Of a stretch of 64,000 bases of DNA, positions 52,044 to 63,369 are shown piece after piece. The DNA lies in the NCBI GenBank assembly GCA_965178125.1, contig OZ237738.1, forward strand, positions 372,001-436,000. The letters run 5' to 3'. The stretch is from Bilabrum cf. latius (lineage: Eukaryota). The position numbers and the translations under genes were made by a program. The notes beneath the pieces are model-generated. The model was not told the origin of the DNA and made no database searches. It saw nothing but the letters and a program-made list of their open reading frames with translations. The first letter of the stretch is position 1, and each line of letters begins with the position of its first letter.

Positions 52044-53090
52044 TCACGGCGGCAACCCGAGCTCCTCCCGCAGCAAGGAGCGCGGCATGGCGCCAAGCAT
52101 CAAGGACGAGTTGCCCACGAACCGTCTCCACGCGTCTCCCGTCACCTTGGGGTACTCCTCCACTCGGCAGTCGCCCCAGTCGGGCCACCGTGTTGTGCTC
52201 GCCCAGTTCCAGTCGATGTAGCAAGCCGCCTGCACCGCCGGCAGCTGGATCAGCTCCTGGTACGGCTCGAACCAGTCCGAGTAGGGCGCGCCCGCCCCCA
52301 CGTGCCTGGGCGTGCTCTCCCCCAGCAGCACGGGATACCCTGCCTCTCCACCGTTGTCGATCAGGGCCCTCACGCAGCCCTTGTTCCCTGGGGAACTCCC
52401 ATCCGAGAAAATGTTCACCCCCCACCAGTCAACCAGCTCGTCTCCCGGGTAGAATGCAGATTCCTTGCCGGGGTGGTCGATGGCGTGGTCGCAAGTCGCG
52501 TCCCACACCATGGCTGTCTCGTTCACACCCATCGACCGGAGCATCGGCACCACGTGCTTCCACGCGGCCACGTAGGAATGCGGCTGGTAGCCGTTCCACG
52601 GCGCCCCGTTGAACTCGTAGCCCAGCCGCATCAGCACGGGCCGCTCCAGGTACTTGAGCGAGCGAGCGAGCGTCTCGATGGCGTGGTCGTACTCCCCATT
52701 AGCCACTGCGGCACCGTACCCCTTGCCAGAATGCGTAAAGGAGAGCCCGAACTATGGGATGACGAACGCAGCGGGGTCGTACCGGGACAAGTTTTGCTTC
52801 CACTCGATGAAACGAGCTGCAATGGCGCCCGGAGCGGTTTCGTTGATCTTGTCAAGCCCGTAGTACACCATGTACATGGCCGGCTATGAGAGTCCCGGGG
52901 ACGATAAGTTGGCAGCACCTGTCTGGCCCATGAACTGCCAGTAGTTTTGGAAAGCTTCGTCGCTTTGGCCGGCACAGTGGAGCACCTTGCCATCTCTAGG
53001 TTGCAGCAAATGGTGCTCTGCTGCAGCCTGTACGCAGACTGACGCAGAAATAATGTGAGCTACTATGCATAGTCTGCACGTGGATGCCAT
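52044..53090 (-). CDS. Secreted glycoside hydrolase family 26 (beta-1,3-xylanase/mannanase-like), intronless
   Basis: Signal peptide from ATG 53090; RLGYEFNG (acid/base Glu), FYPGDELVDWWG, PVLLGESTP (nucleophile Glu), YIDWNW...WGDCR. TAGs at 52884 and 52752; ends TGA. Confidence 0.85.
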
Positions 53091-53265
53091 GGAACCCCCG
53101 CTTGTGCGGCAGGTGCAGGTATCTTCCCAACACTGCAACCGAGACGATCGAGTCTGGATTTCAAATTGCCATAATACCACGTTACAATACTCAGGATCGT
53201 CGAAGACACGTGGAGCGCATCGGAGCAGCGGAGTAGGTCGTCGCACGGATCATACTGCAGTAAAT

Positions 53266-54770
53266 ATGATTAATCGGGTATTTTTCTCGGCAGCGAGTGC
53301 CTTGCTTATTGGTATACTCTCCATGCAAGGTGTTCTAGGAGACTTCTACGAAGGTGAGCTGGCACTCGGAACTGAAACCGCGGCTTTCGTCGATGCACAC
53401 GCTAGTTTTGACCACGTTGGCTCACCTGATGGGACCCAAACTCGTATTTGTAGCTGAGCTTAGCGGCATGTGCGCACCCAGCCATACACTGCGCTTCCAG
53501 TGTGACCTGTATCGGGGCCAACGTGGACGTGCTAGGCTTAGTCTGGTTCCAGCATCGATGCGTCGTAAAGCCGTTGAGACAGGCATTAAATCGTATAATT
53601 TGCGTGCCCGTCCCTCCCTAGTTGTATTTGGCCTGTTTGGCCTGCTACAAGGCTAGGTTCGATCGCCCTTGTGCCACCCGCGGCGACCGACCGCGACGCG
53701 CTCGCATGTCATGGGACCCTCATCGTGTTGCGACGAATGAATGACGCACTCTAGCGCATTTCTTCCCCATCGTCTCCAATATTGCAGTTCTCGGAGTTAG
53801 TCCCGACGCGTCGGATGCTCAGATCAAGAAGGCATATCGCAAGCTCAGCCGGCAGTACCACCCCGACAAGAACCCAGGGAACGCGGAGGCCGAGAGAAAG
53901 TTTCAGGAAATTGCGCAGGCCTACGGCGTTCTGTCTGACCCCGACAAGAAGATTTTGTACGACACAGGCGGCGAGAAGGCTTTGGAGGAAGAGGAGCGCA
54001 ACCAGCAGGGGGGCGGCGGGTCCCCCTTTGACGCCTTCTTCGGGGGGGGCATGCGGAGGCAGAACAACGGGGAGAAGAGACGCAGCAGCAAGAAGGGGCC
54101 GGACGCCAGGGTGGAGGTGGAGGTTGACCTGGAGGATTTCTATAACGGGGGCGAGGTCAGCGCACGCATCAGCAGGAACGTGGTGTGCAGGCGGTGCACC
54201 CAGGGGACCCCGGAGGCCCGGTCTGCGAGGTGCAGGGCATGCAAGCGGTGCCCGAACGAGACCCGCATGGTGAACCGGCGCATGGGCCCTGGCTTTATGG
54301 TGCAGATGCAGGAGGAAGTGCCCTCCAAGGAGAAGTGCAAGAACGAGGCAAAGACCCTGACGGCGGAGGTCGAGAAGGGCATGGGCGACGGGCACGAGGT
54401 GGTGTTCGAGCGAGAGAGCGAGCAGAGGCCGGGTATGATCCCCGGGGACGTGATCTTCAGGCTGAAGCAAAAGTCCCACCCCCGTTTCAAGCGCAAAGGG
54501 AACGACCTGGAGACCACCATCCACCTCACGCTGCGAGAGGCCCTGCTGGGCTTCCGCAAGGTCATCCGGCAGCTGGACGGCTCCGAGTTGGTGGTGAGTC
54601 ACGATGGAATCACGAGGCCGTTCGAGAGGCGGACCGTGTCGGGGCATGGGATGCCGGTGCACAACGTGCCCTCCACGTCTGGCGACCTGCACGTGACCTA
54701 CGAGGTCGACTTCCCGCACAAGCTCACCAGCCAGCAGACCCAGGCCATCGAGACGGCCTTCCAGTCTTGA
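53266..54770 (+). CDS. ER-luminal DnaJ co-chaperone (ERdj3/DNAJB11-like)
   Basis: Signal peptide, DFYE|VLGV (intron 53354-53787), [18 protein letters not shown], Cys-rich segment and DnaJ C-terminal domain ([26 protein letters not shown]); ends TGA. Confidence 0.92.
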
Positions 54771-54967
54771 AATTGGAACTGACGAGCGCTTTGTTTAAGA
54801 ACAAGTGTGGGTGAGGTGTTGCGTCTTGTGCGTGTAGTGGGGGTTGGTTTGTCCATTGGATTGAATCATGCAGTGTCCACACGAGCATAGGATTTCTTCG
54901 ATGGAATTGGAGCGAAGCTGGATTTGTGGACCCCATAACAATGGCCCCATCACAGTGGCAATCCGAT

Positions 54968-56148
54968 TCAACGGTCCTTCTTGCCCCCGTCCCCATCCTC
55001 GCCCTCGCCCTCGCCCTATCGCACCGGAGCGAACCCCGCGTCCACCTTCGCAGCAAAGCTTCGCACCAGGTCCAGCCCTTCCCCCTTCTGGCAGCTGGTC
55101 CGCACAAATCGGACCGTCGCCTGCTGCCCGGCCCCGCCTTGGCCCCCCTCGCTGAGCGCGACGTGAGCATGGGCTCGCAGGTTGAATGCTTCCCCCGCAA
55201 CGCCCAGCACCACCTGCTCCCCAATCCCGGCATCGTCCCCATCACCGCCATCGTCGCCCCCGGGCGCAGCGTCTCCCCGAGCGTCCCTGGCAATGTGCTG
55301 TCTGGACTCCCTCTTTCTCTCCATTTCCGCGTTGAGCTTGGCCTCGAGGTCCGCCAGGCTCTTGGCGCCCGGCTGGTCGCTCTTGGTCGCAACAACCAGC
55401 AGGGGGCAAGGCTCGTCCCGGATTGCGAAGCCGGGCGAGGTCAGGACGTGTACCAAGCAGCTGCGGGTGAATAATTGAGCTAGGTGGAAGACATCGCCGG
55501 AGTGGGTGCCGTCGGCGCAACGGATTTCCCCCCGCAGGCTGGGGGCACGTAATGCGGACACGTTGCGGGAGCAATTGCATTGAGCTCACTCAGCGGTGTC
55601 TCGCAAGTGGTCTCCCGGTAGCCTGGAATCAACAGCCAGGATCACTCCTCCAATTCTCTGCCACTGGTCTTCCATCTGAGGGCGGAGGGTCGCATGCCCC
55701 GGGAAGTCGATGTAAGCCGGTGCGCCCTCCGCCCCACCAGCGGCCACCCGGTCAACGATGGTCGATGATACCGTCTTGGGCATCTTCGAGCCTGTCAGCT
55801 GCAGCATGTAAAAGCGATTTATGCATTAATTAATGGCATGTGCACGACGTGGTAGTCTTGCCAGCATGTAGACTGGCCACCCGGCATTCTCACCGTCTGC
55901 ACCAACGCCGTCTTCCCCGCACCGCATGCGCCATACACCAAGATATCGGAACCATAATCACCAACTTGTCCGTTGTCACCTTCGGAACCAACCTGTGCGA
56001 ACCCCAGTATCAAGGCGAGCACAACAACAGCAACAAACACCAGGCTACCAAGTCCGGGAGGCACTCCGACACTTTCCGCGTACGAATCAACATCGTTGAG
56101 CCACCCCAAGCCAGGCAACCCTTTCAGCATAGATGAGATCGCCTCCAT
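54968..56148 (-). CDS. SRPRB: Signal recognition particle receptor beta subunit
   Basis: N-terminal transmembrane segment, GACGAGKT (G1), TVSST, IDFPGHATLR, LLVVATKSD. Introns 55799-55893 and 55461-55589; TAG 55016 then TGA 54968. Confidence 0.85.
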
Positions 56149-56314
56149 GCTGCTGCGCGATAAATAAGCTTCTCAAAATTGTGCAACGTGTACTCCCCGA
56201 AATTGCCCACGGTTCGCTGCGAAGCTTCGGTCTGGGGTTCGTTCGCTTTGCCGTTCTATCTTTTCCTTTGCCTGCTTTTTCCAACAAAGAAACAATAGCT
56301 ATGGCACGCTGCAA

Positions 56315-56936
56315 TCACTCCCCGAGCAAGAAATTCTCGAATGCGTCTAGCACCCCTCCCTTGTTCCCTATGATGGCGGTCGCGCGCCGCATCACCTCCC
56401 GCTGGGTGACCTCTCCTGCGTTGAAGCGAGCGAGCACGCCCATGAGCTCGCCCAGCTGATCGCTGCTCACCGTCTTCTGCAGCGTCTCGAAAAACCTCGT
56501 GGCGTCCTCCAGGCCAACGCCGTCAGCTTCCCCAGGCTCCTGCTCGCTATCGTACTCGCCACCTTCCGGCCCCCCCGCACGCTTCCCTGCCGGCTCAGCT
56601 GCACTGCCTCGCTGGTCGCGGCTGCTGCCAGTCCCCTTTGAATGCGACAGCTTGGCCCGCTGCCGAGCCGCAGTCCGCCTGGAACGCGGACCGCCTCTTC
56701 CAGCGTGCTCGCTTCCGCTTCCGACGGCACGAGCAGCTGCTCGAGCCCCAGCCTAGCGCTCGCCCGCAGACGCACCACCCGCGGCCCGACTCCCATTGGT
56801 CCTCTATGCGTCGCGGCGCCTGTGCCTGCTGGCGAGGCCAGGCTGCTCCCTCCTTCCGGCGCCGGCACGCGAGGCCACCGATAGGTGTGACGAGTGCAGC
56901 TGCGAGCTGGAGGGTGGAGGAAGATTCGGTTTCTCT

Positions 56937-56983
<47 letters not shown>

Positions 56984-57815
56984 AAAGGTCGCGCGGGTCG
57001 GGGCAAACCCCGCGCTCTGACTGCCAGCAGCAGCGGTTGCTGCTGCTCGGGCCCGGCTGCCGAAGGCCTCGCTTCGGCCCTCGCTAGCAGGGGCAGACAG
57101 AACGGCTGCCTGCTGCTCGCCCTCGCTGTCCCAGCCCTGGTCCTGGGAGTGCTCGTTTTCGCTGTCCTGCAGGGCGTACTGGCCTGCCGTGACCTCGCTC
57201 TGCTGCGCGTACTTGTGCAGCAGCTCGTCGCCGTGCTCCCTCAGGCTTGCGATGGATCGGTCCAGGTCTCGGAGCAGCTGGTCGCTCGCGTCCTCGCTTA
57301 GGAGGCTGTCGGCTGCCTAGCGGCGCCTGGCGTCATCACTGGCAGCTTTCGTTCCCGAATCGAGGAGCGCTTCGGGTTTGCGTTCGACTTGCTAGGCCGT
57401 CGGAGGTCCCGGACCCATGCTATCATCTGGCAGCGCTCGATTTCGTCTTGACCCTGCCAAAACCCTTTCATTGTCCATGCGGGCGTATCGCGCAACCTCA
57501 AGCTCTAGCTGGGCCGCGCGGCGCGCGGCATCCTCGTGAAGCTGAGCCAGTTGCTAGTTTTGTTTTCGCAAAGATTCAAGCTGCTCTTCGTGGTCTAACC
57601 TCTCGCTCTGCAAATCTGACTACAGCAGCGATATCTTGTCCTTGAGGGTCTGGATTTCCTCTTGCTGCGAGGTGGGCAGGCAATCGTCGTTAGGACAAGG
57701 CAACGGCTGGATGACCCAAAATCGGCACAGCAGCACGAAACGTCGAATCACCCACCTAAACCTTAAACTGAGTCTATATCGCATCAAATGCACCGTGGAG
57801 CGGCTGGTCTGACAT
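56315..57815 (-). CDS. Coiled-coil protein with C-terminal PAH-like helical domain (At4g15545-like)
   Basis: Absent from the ORF track because of frequent TAGs. Exon 1 MSDQPLHGAFDAI*TQFKV*, intron 57665-57755, coiled coil, (CAG)14 tract, then DATRFFETLQKTVSSDQLGELMGVLARFNAGEVTQREVMRRATAIIG...FENFLL-TGA. Start codon inferred. Confidence 0.7.
56942..56983 (-). repeat. (CAG)14 microsatellite encoding polyQ
   Basis: (ctg)14 on the plus strand, in frame with the 56315-57815 gene. Confidence 0.9.
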
Positions 57816-57966
57816 GTCAGCAGCGACGGCTGCCCCCACCGAGTGTCTCAAGTGCAACTGTCCGCAACAGCCCAAAACTGCTCGCAACCACTCGGGCTCG
57901 CTATTTGGCCCCAATAAGCTTTGTAGATAAGGCATCTGAAGCCATAGCGCTCCGAACTTGTCAAGA

Positions 57967-60900
57967 ATGGCTTCATCTTTTAAGGAGCTGCGCAAGACGG
58001 ACATTCATCACCAGTATACCCGGGGAAGGTCAGATTTGATGCCAATGACAGTATTCAAATTTTCAAGCTCGGCCAATAGCTTCTAGCGTGCACACAAGCT
58101 GCTTTCCGTCCGCAGCATATGTAGAGTTCGCATGTAGGATTTCATGACGCACAGAGATACGACGATTTACCCGAGTGCAAGACTAAACTTGATTCTGGGC
58201 CCAAATGGGACCGGCAAGAGCTCGTTCGTCGCTGCTCTTGCGCTGGGCTTGGGCGGTTCGCCCGCGGTCATGGAACGAGCCACTGATTTTTAGGCGTACA
58301 TTAGGCACACGGCGCCGAGCGCAACGATATCAGTGAGCCCCACCAGACTGACATGAAGCCCTTAGCTGCATTGCCCTGTTGCTGCCACCTTGTGGCACAG
58401 CCCAGAAGAATCCTGTTCTCCTAGGACTGCCTCCACATACTCTATTGCAGATTGATTTGGTTGAGAACTGCTAGACTGGTGCAAAAAGGACCATCCAGCA
58501 CCACATGGTGCGACAGACCAAGAAGGGCGTAGTGCACACCTACAAGATCGACGGAAAGACGGTTTCAAAGAAAGATTTGGACGCAGTTGTGCACAGTTAT
58601 GGCATTGCAGTTGACAACCTGTGCTAGTTTTTGCCGCAAGAAAAGATCAGCAAGTTCACGACGCTGAACGCGGTGCAGCTGCTGCTGGAGACTGAGAAGG
58701 CCCTGGCGGCCAGCTCTGGATTCGTTGACGTGATCGAAAAGCAGCCCGGCGACGGGAAAGGGTCGTCTGCTTCACGTGGCGTGACCCTGCACGACGAGCA
58801 CCAGGCCCTCATCGACAAGTGGAAGAGCACCGGTGTGGCCCAGAAGCGGCTGCAAGGCCTCCGCAAGGACATGGAAAGGTACCGGAACGTCCTCGATTCG
58901 CTGCAGAGCGAAAAGGAGCAGATGGAGCGCTATGAGAGGGTCAAGTCCGAGAGGGAAGTCCTCGAGCGGGTAGCGCCCCTGGTGGCCATGCGAGAGACCA
59001 GGGACCAGCGCGATCAGCTCAAGGAGGAGCACAAGCTCACCAAGGCGCAGCTCAAGGCGGCCATGATTGAGGTGCAGAGGGCTAGCGAGCAGTCCAAGCT
59101 GGCAAGGGAAGCCCAGGAGGCCAGCAAGAAGGCGGTGATGCAGCAGAAGCACATCATCAAGACGCTCCAGGCAGAGGTGGGCAAGACGGACGGGCCCGTG
59201 AAGGAGGCGGCCTCCAAGCTCAGGCAGCTGCGGGCCTCGCTCAAGGAGCAGCTAGAGGGCAAAGCCAGGAAGGAGCACGAGCTCACGGTGGCCCAGGCTA
59301 AGCTCGATGACGCCATGCGGGAGCTCGAGTCGCAGCGCAGCGTGGAGGAGCACAAGGAAGCCATCAAGAAGGTCCGAGCCATGCAGACCAAGCTGCGGCA
59401 GGAGATGAACGAGTCGGATGCGAAGCTGGATAAGGTGAGAATTCGCCTGGCTCTCGTCTACGTCGCGCCCCTTGATGCTACTGCGCATGGTTATATTTCC
59501 CACCACCAACTGGTGGCCTGCACTGCTGCATCGATCGCGCTCGCCTGCTTTGCTTTGCTTCTTCTTTTTTTTGCTGCCCTGCCGGCCTGGTGCCCACACC
59601 CGCGACTAGATCCACCCAAGACTCGCTGCATTCTCTCTCCGCCCGGCCGCGCAGCTGAACGAGTAGAAAGTCGAGCTGCGGTAGGCAGAGCAGGATGCGT
59701 AGGGCGCGCTCAAGGACATCATGCGGGAGGACGAGATTACGATGGACAACCTCCGAGCCAAGTCCAAGATCAACGTGCTGGCGGGCTCTGCGGTCGCCAG
59801 CATGGAAGCCCTCCAGAAGGTCAAGGGGCTCGATACGTCCGAAGAGAACTTTGTGTGTCCTATGATGAACCACATTTGGGTGGACGAGCGAGTCATGCGC
59901 GAGCGCGCAGGCATCAAGGAGGATGCTCCTTAGGACCAGCTGCAGAGAGCGCAGAAGACCTTGCTGCGCATGTTTGAGAGCATCATGGCCGTGGGCGACC
60001 TGACGAGCACCGTCGTTCGTCACAAGGAGCAGTGGACCGCAGTGTCGAATACCAAGGTGTCGTTCGGCATGGCCCGTGGACAGGCAGTCAAGGAGAGACG
60101 AATTGGCGTGATCGAGACGAAGCCGGAGCCTTTCGATGGCGGGGCGGCAGCGGGCGGGGCTGCCTCGGCTAGCAGCGGCTCCTCCTCCTCCTCCTCCTCC
60201 TCCTCCTCCTCCTCCTCCTCCTCCTCCTCCTCCTCCTCCTCCTCCTCGGCGGCCGCAGGGGGTGCCGCAGGGGGTGGCAAGGGAACCCGCCACAACTCCT
60301 GGGCGCTAATCCGGCCTGAGCTGCAGGAGCAGCTTCGATCCATCGGGTTCAGGACGGCCTGGGAGGAGGTCATCGACGGGCACGAGCTGGCCCGAGGCGT
60401 GCTTCGCGACAGGCTGCGGAACGTGCTCGTTGCCTTTAACAAGGGTGCGCTGCAGAAGGCCGAGCAGGTGCCTGCTGTCACCGATAGCTCAATCTCGATC
60501 GTCCAGGCGCTTCCCGCAGGTGTGACCCTTCTCACCACAGAGGGGTTCCTCGCAACAAAGGGTGAGTCCTCCGAGCTGCGCAACAGCTGCGGGTCATTTG
60601 TGCGCATCACCAACGCCTGGTGCAACTTTTCCCCGCATGGGACGATTCGTCTTGCGCACCCATCGCCCACCGTCCTACACGACTTCATGTCTGTCGCGCA
60701 GGTGATACTTTCTCGGGGTAGACGGTCGTCCGCAACGGCAGCCTCAAGGCCCAATAGCTGTGCACGCTCTTTCCACGGGTCTCCCGGGACAGGCTGGCGT
60801 CCGCGAGGCAGGAGGTGCAGGCTGCCAAGGACCAGCTCGCCGAGTTCAAGGCGAGCGACGAGATGCGGGTCGTGGCGGAAGCCCGTAGGAAGGCGCACAA

Positions 60901-62587
60901 GTCGTTCGCAAGGGCGAAGGCAGCCGAGGACCAGGCCGCACAGGCATTCAAGACCACAAAGAAGCTGCTGCAGAAGAAGAGCGACCTCGAGAGCATGATC
61001 GAGGAGCTCAAGGAGGAGCTGGAGCAGGACGAGCAGGCAGAGGTGCAGCGGATCAGGCAGTCCATCCGAAAGGCGCAGCTGGAGTTCTTCACGTCCCACG
61101 CAGGCATGCTAGGCAAGGTCCAGGCCCTGCAAGGGGGCGTCGACGGGCTGGCTCTCTCGGTAGCCAAGCTTGGGATCGCCTCTGCAGAGGCGGAGAAGGT
61201 GCAGCGGACGCTGGACCCTCTTAAGGAAGAGGCAGATCGCCTGACGGGCAAGGCCGCCGAGCTCAAGACCTAGATTGCGCGCAAGAAGGACGACTTTCAG
61301 CTGTTCAAGCAGGAGTACGACAGGGTGTGCCCCGACTATGATGCGGAGGAGGTCAACAAGATGGAGCAGAAGGCACACGACCTCACCGTGGACTTCCGCT
61401 GCAGGCTGCTCAAAGAGCAAGGCAAGGCCGAGGTGGAGGTGGAGGCCGCCCGGGGCGCGGCACCCACGTCGAGCGAGATACGGCAGGCCCTACAGGACAA
61501 GCAGGTCGAGGGCGAGTCCATCTTCGACGGCATCGGGGAGGACAACGCGGTGCAAAAGTACAAGGAGGCCCAGGCGAAGCTGGCTTCTCTTGAAAAGGAG
61601 GAGCAGGCGGCCGTCGCGGAGTAGTCCAAGGAGGCGCAAGAGGCGAGCGAGAGCCGTATCGTGTACGAGTCCAAGATCAAGGAGGTGATCCAGAGCATCA
61701 GCGCGGCGCTGACCAGGTCCTTCGAAGAGATCAACTGCAAGGGCCACGTGGAGCTGGTGAGGGACGAGGACGTCAGCCAGTACGGCGCCAAGATCATGGT
61801 GTCCTTCCGAGCCAAGGAGGCCAAGCAGGCGCTCAGCGCCACCACGCACAGCGGTGGGGAGCGTGCCGTCAGCACCGTGTCCTACCTGCTAGCCCTGCAG
61901 AAGTCCACGGCCTGCCCGTTCAGGGTGGTGGACGAGATGAACCAGGGCATGGATGCCAGCAACGAGCGGGCCATCTTCAAGCAAATCATGAGGACCTGCG
62001 GGCACGACTTGCTCGACAAGAAGCGGACGGGGGCCAGCCACGTGATTCGGACTGCTTCCTAGGAGGGCAGGCAGTACTTCGTCATCACGCCCAAGCTGCT
62101 GCCCGACCTGGCGTACGACGACCACTGCCGGGTGCACGTCATCCTGAACGGGACCCACGTCTCTCAGCCTCACCAGCTGAGCAGCTCACTGTACGACCTG
62201 TCCGCTAGCACGCTGTCTGCCCTGCCGGCGGGTCATGCGAAGGGGGCTGGGGCGGGTGTGGGGATGGGGATGGGCTCTGCGCGCGGGGGTGGTGCGGGTC
62301 GCAAGCGGCGGCGAGGCGACGAGGAGGAGGAGGACGAGGGCACGCCGGAGCCGGAAGACTGGACAGCGGATGAGTTGGAGGAAGGCGATGAAGATGAGGA
62401 CGAGTTCGAGCCTAGCAGCAAGGCCAGCTCTTCCTCCTCCTCCTCCGCTTCTTCCAAGGCAGCGTCCCAGAGCAAGTCACGCAGGACTGGTGCTGCGACA
62501 TCCAAGCAGGCGGGCAGGCTGAAGAAACGAGCCAGGAAGGAAGCCTCGGCAGGCAGCGATTTTTCGTCCTCGGATATTGATCTTTGA
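57967..62587 (+). CDS. SMC5: Structural maintenance of chromosomes protein 5
   Basis: Walker A LNLILGPNGTGKSS; VDNLC*FLPQEK; long coiled coils; signature HSGGERAVST; Walker B FRVVDEMNQGMD; QYFVITPKLLPDL. Introns 58029-58115, 58333-58450, 59435-59654 and 60562-60701; many in-frame TAGs; ends TGA. Confidence 0.95.
60180..60245 (+). repeat. (TCC)22 microsatellite encoding poly-Ser within SMC5
   Basis: Perfect TCC run in the SMC5 frame, flanked by Gly/Ala-rich sequence. Confidence 0.9.
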
Positions 62588-62638
62588 TGTTACAGCTTTG
62601 ATGTCATGTGCATTTTGCTTGTTCCTGTCAATTCATCG

Positions 62639-63224
62639 TTATTTCCTATCATTCTCTGGGTCGGACCCATACCTACCGACACGGTACGATGGTGGCTTGA
62701 AGCCAGCTCTGCAGAAATGGCATGAGTAGGACAAAATAGATGTGCGAGTGCGTTGCGAGTTGTTGCGCATCTCCCAAGAGGCGCCGGGCTTGCTCACTCC
62801 TTCATTCTGCACACACAAAGATGATGTCGCAGTTTCAAGTAGCCATGCTCGCATCCAGGACAAGGCATGAAATGATTTGCATCCTTTATTTGCTTCTGCA
62901 ACGCCATCTATCTGGTTCGCTTCCTCGCGTGGGATACCTGCGATGTTGTTGGAAATCAGCCGACAGCAGCGGGTCCTCTTGTCAGCATGTCTCACGGCCC
63001 AAGTGAGCCCAGTCAAGTGCACAACTTACCTTTTGCTTGGGCACCGCTTTCAGTACTCCTTCCTTCCACTGCTCCAGAACATCTAGCAGCGGGACATGGT
63101 CGAGCTGTTGGCCGACACCAGCTGCCGCTAACTAGAGCCCAGGGTCATGACGAGGGACAAGTCCTACATGCTGCAATAATTCTCGCGAAGCCAACGCTAA
63201 ACGACGAAATCCAGCCCTTGCCAT
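62639..63224 (-). CDS. MRPL32: Mitochondrial ribosomal protein bL32m
   Basis: Presequence MARAGFRRLALASR; VLKAVPKQK|VSHARKRTR*MA; CPGC...KLRHHLC. Two introns (~62938-63029 and ~62709-62797), two in-frame TAGs; ends TAA. Confidence 0.85.
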
Positions 63225-63369
63225 CGTTTGTACAGGCTCTCTTTGTTTGCCGATGGCTTCTGCGCTCCGAACCTATTGTGGAACGTTCGTCGTTTTGCCG
63301 TTTCGTCAAACCGAAGACTTGACAATATTATTCGAGGTAGACACAATTTTCGATGAATTATTGAGAGTT

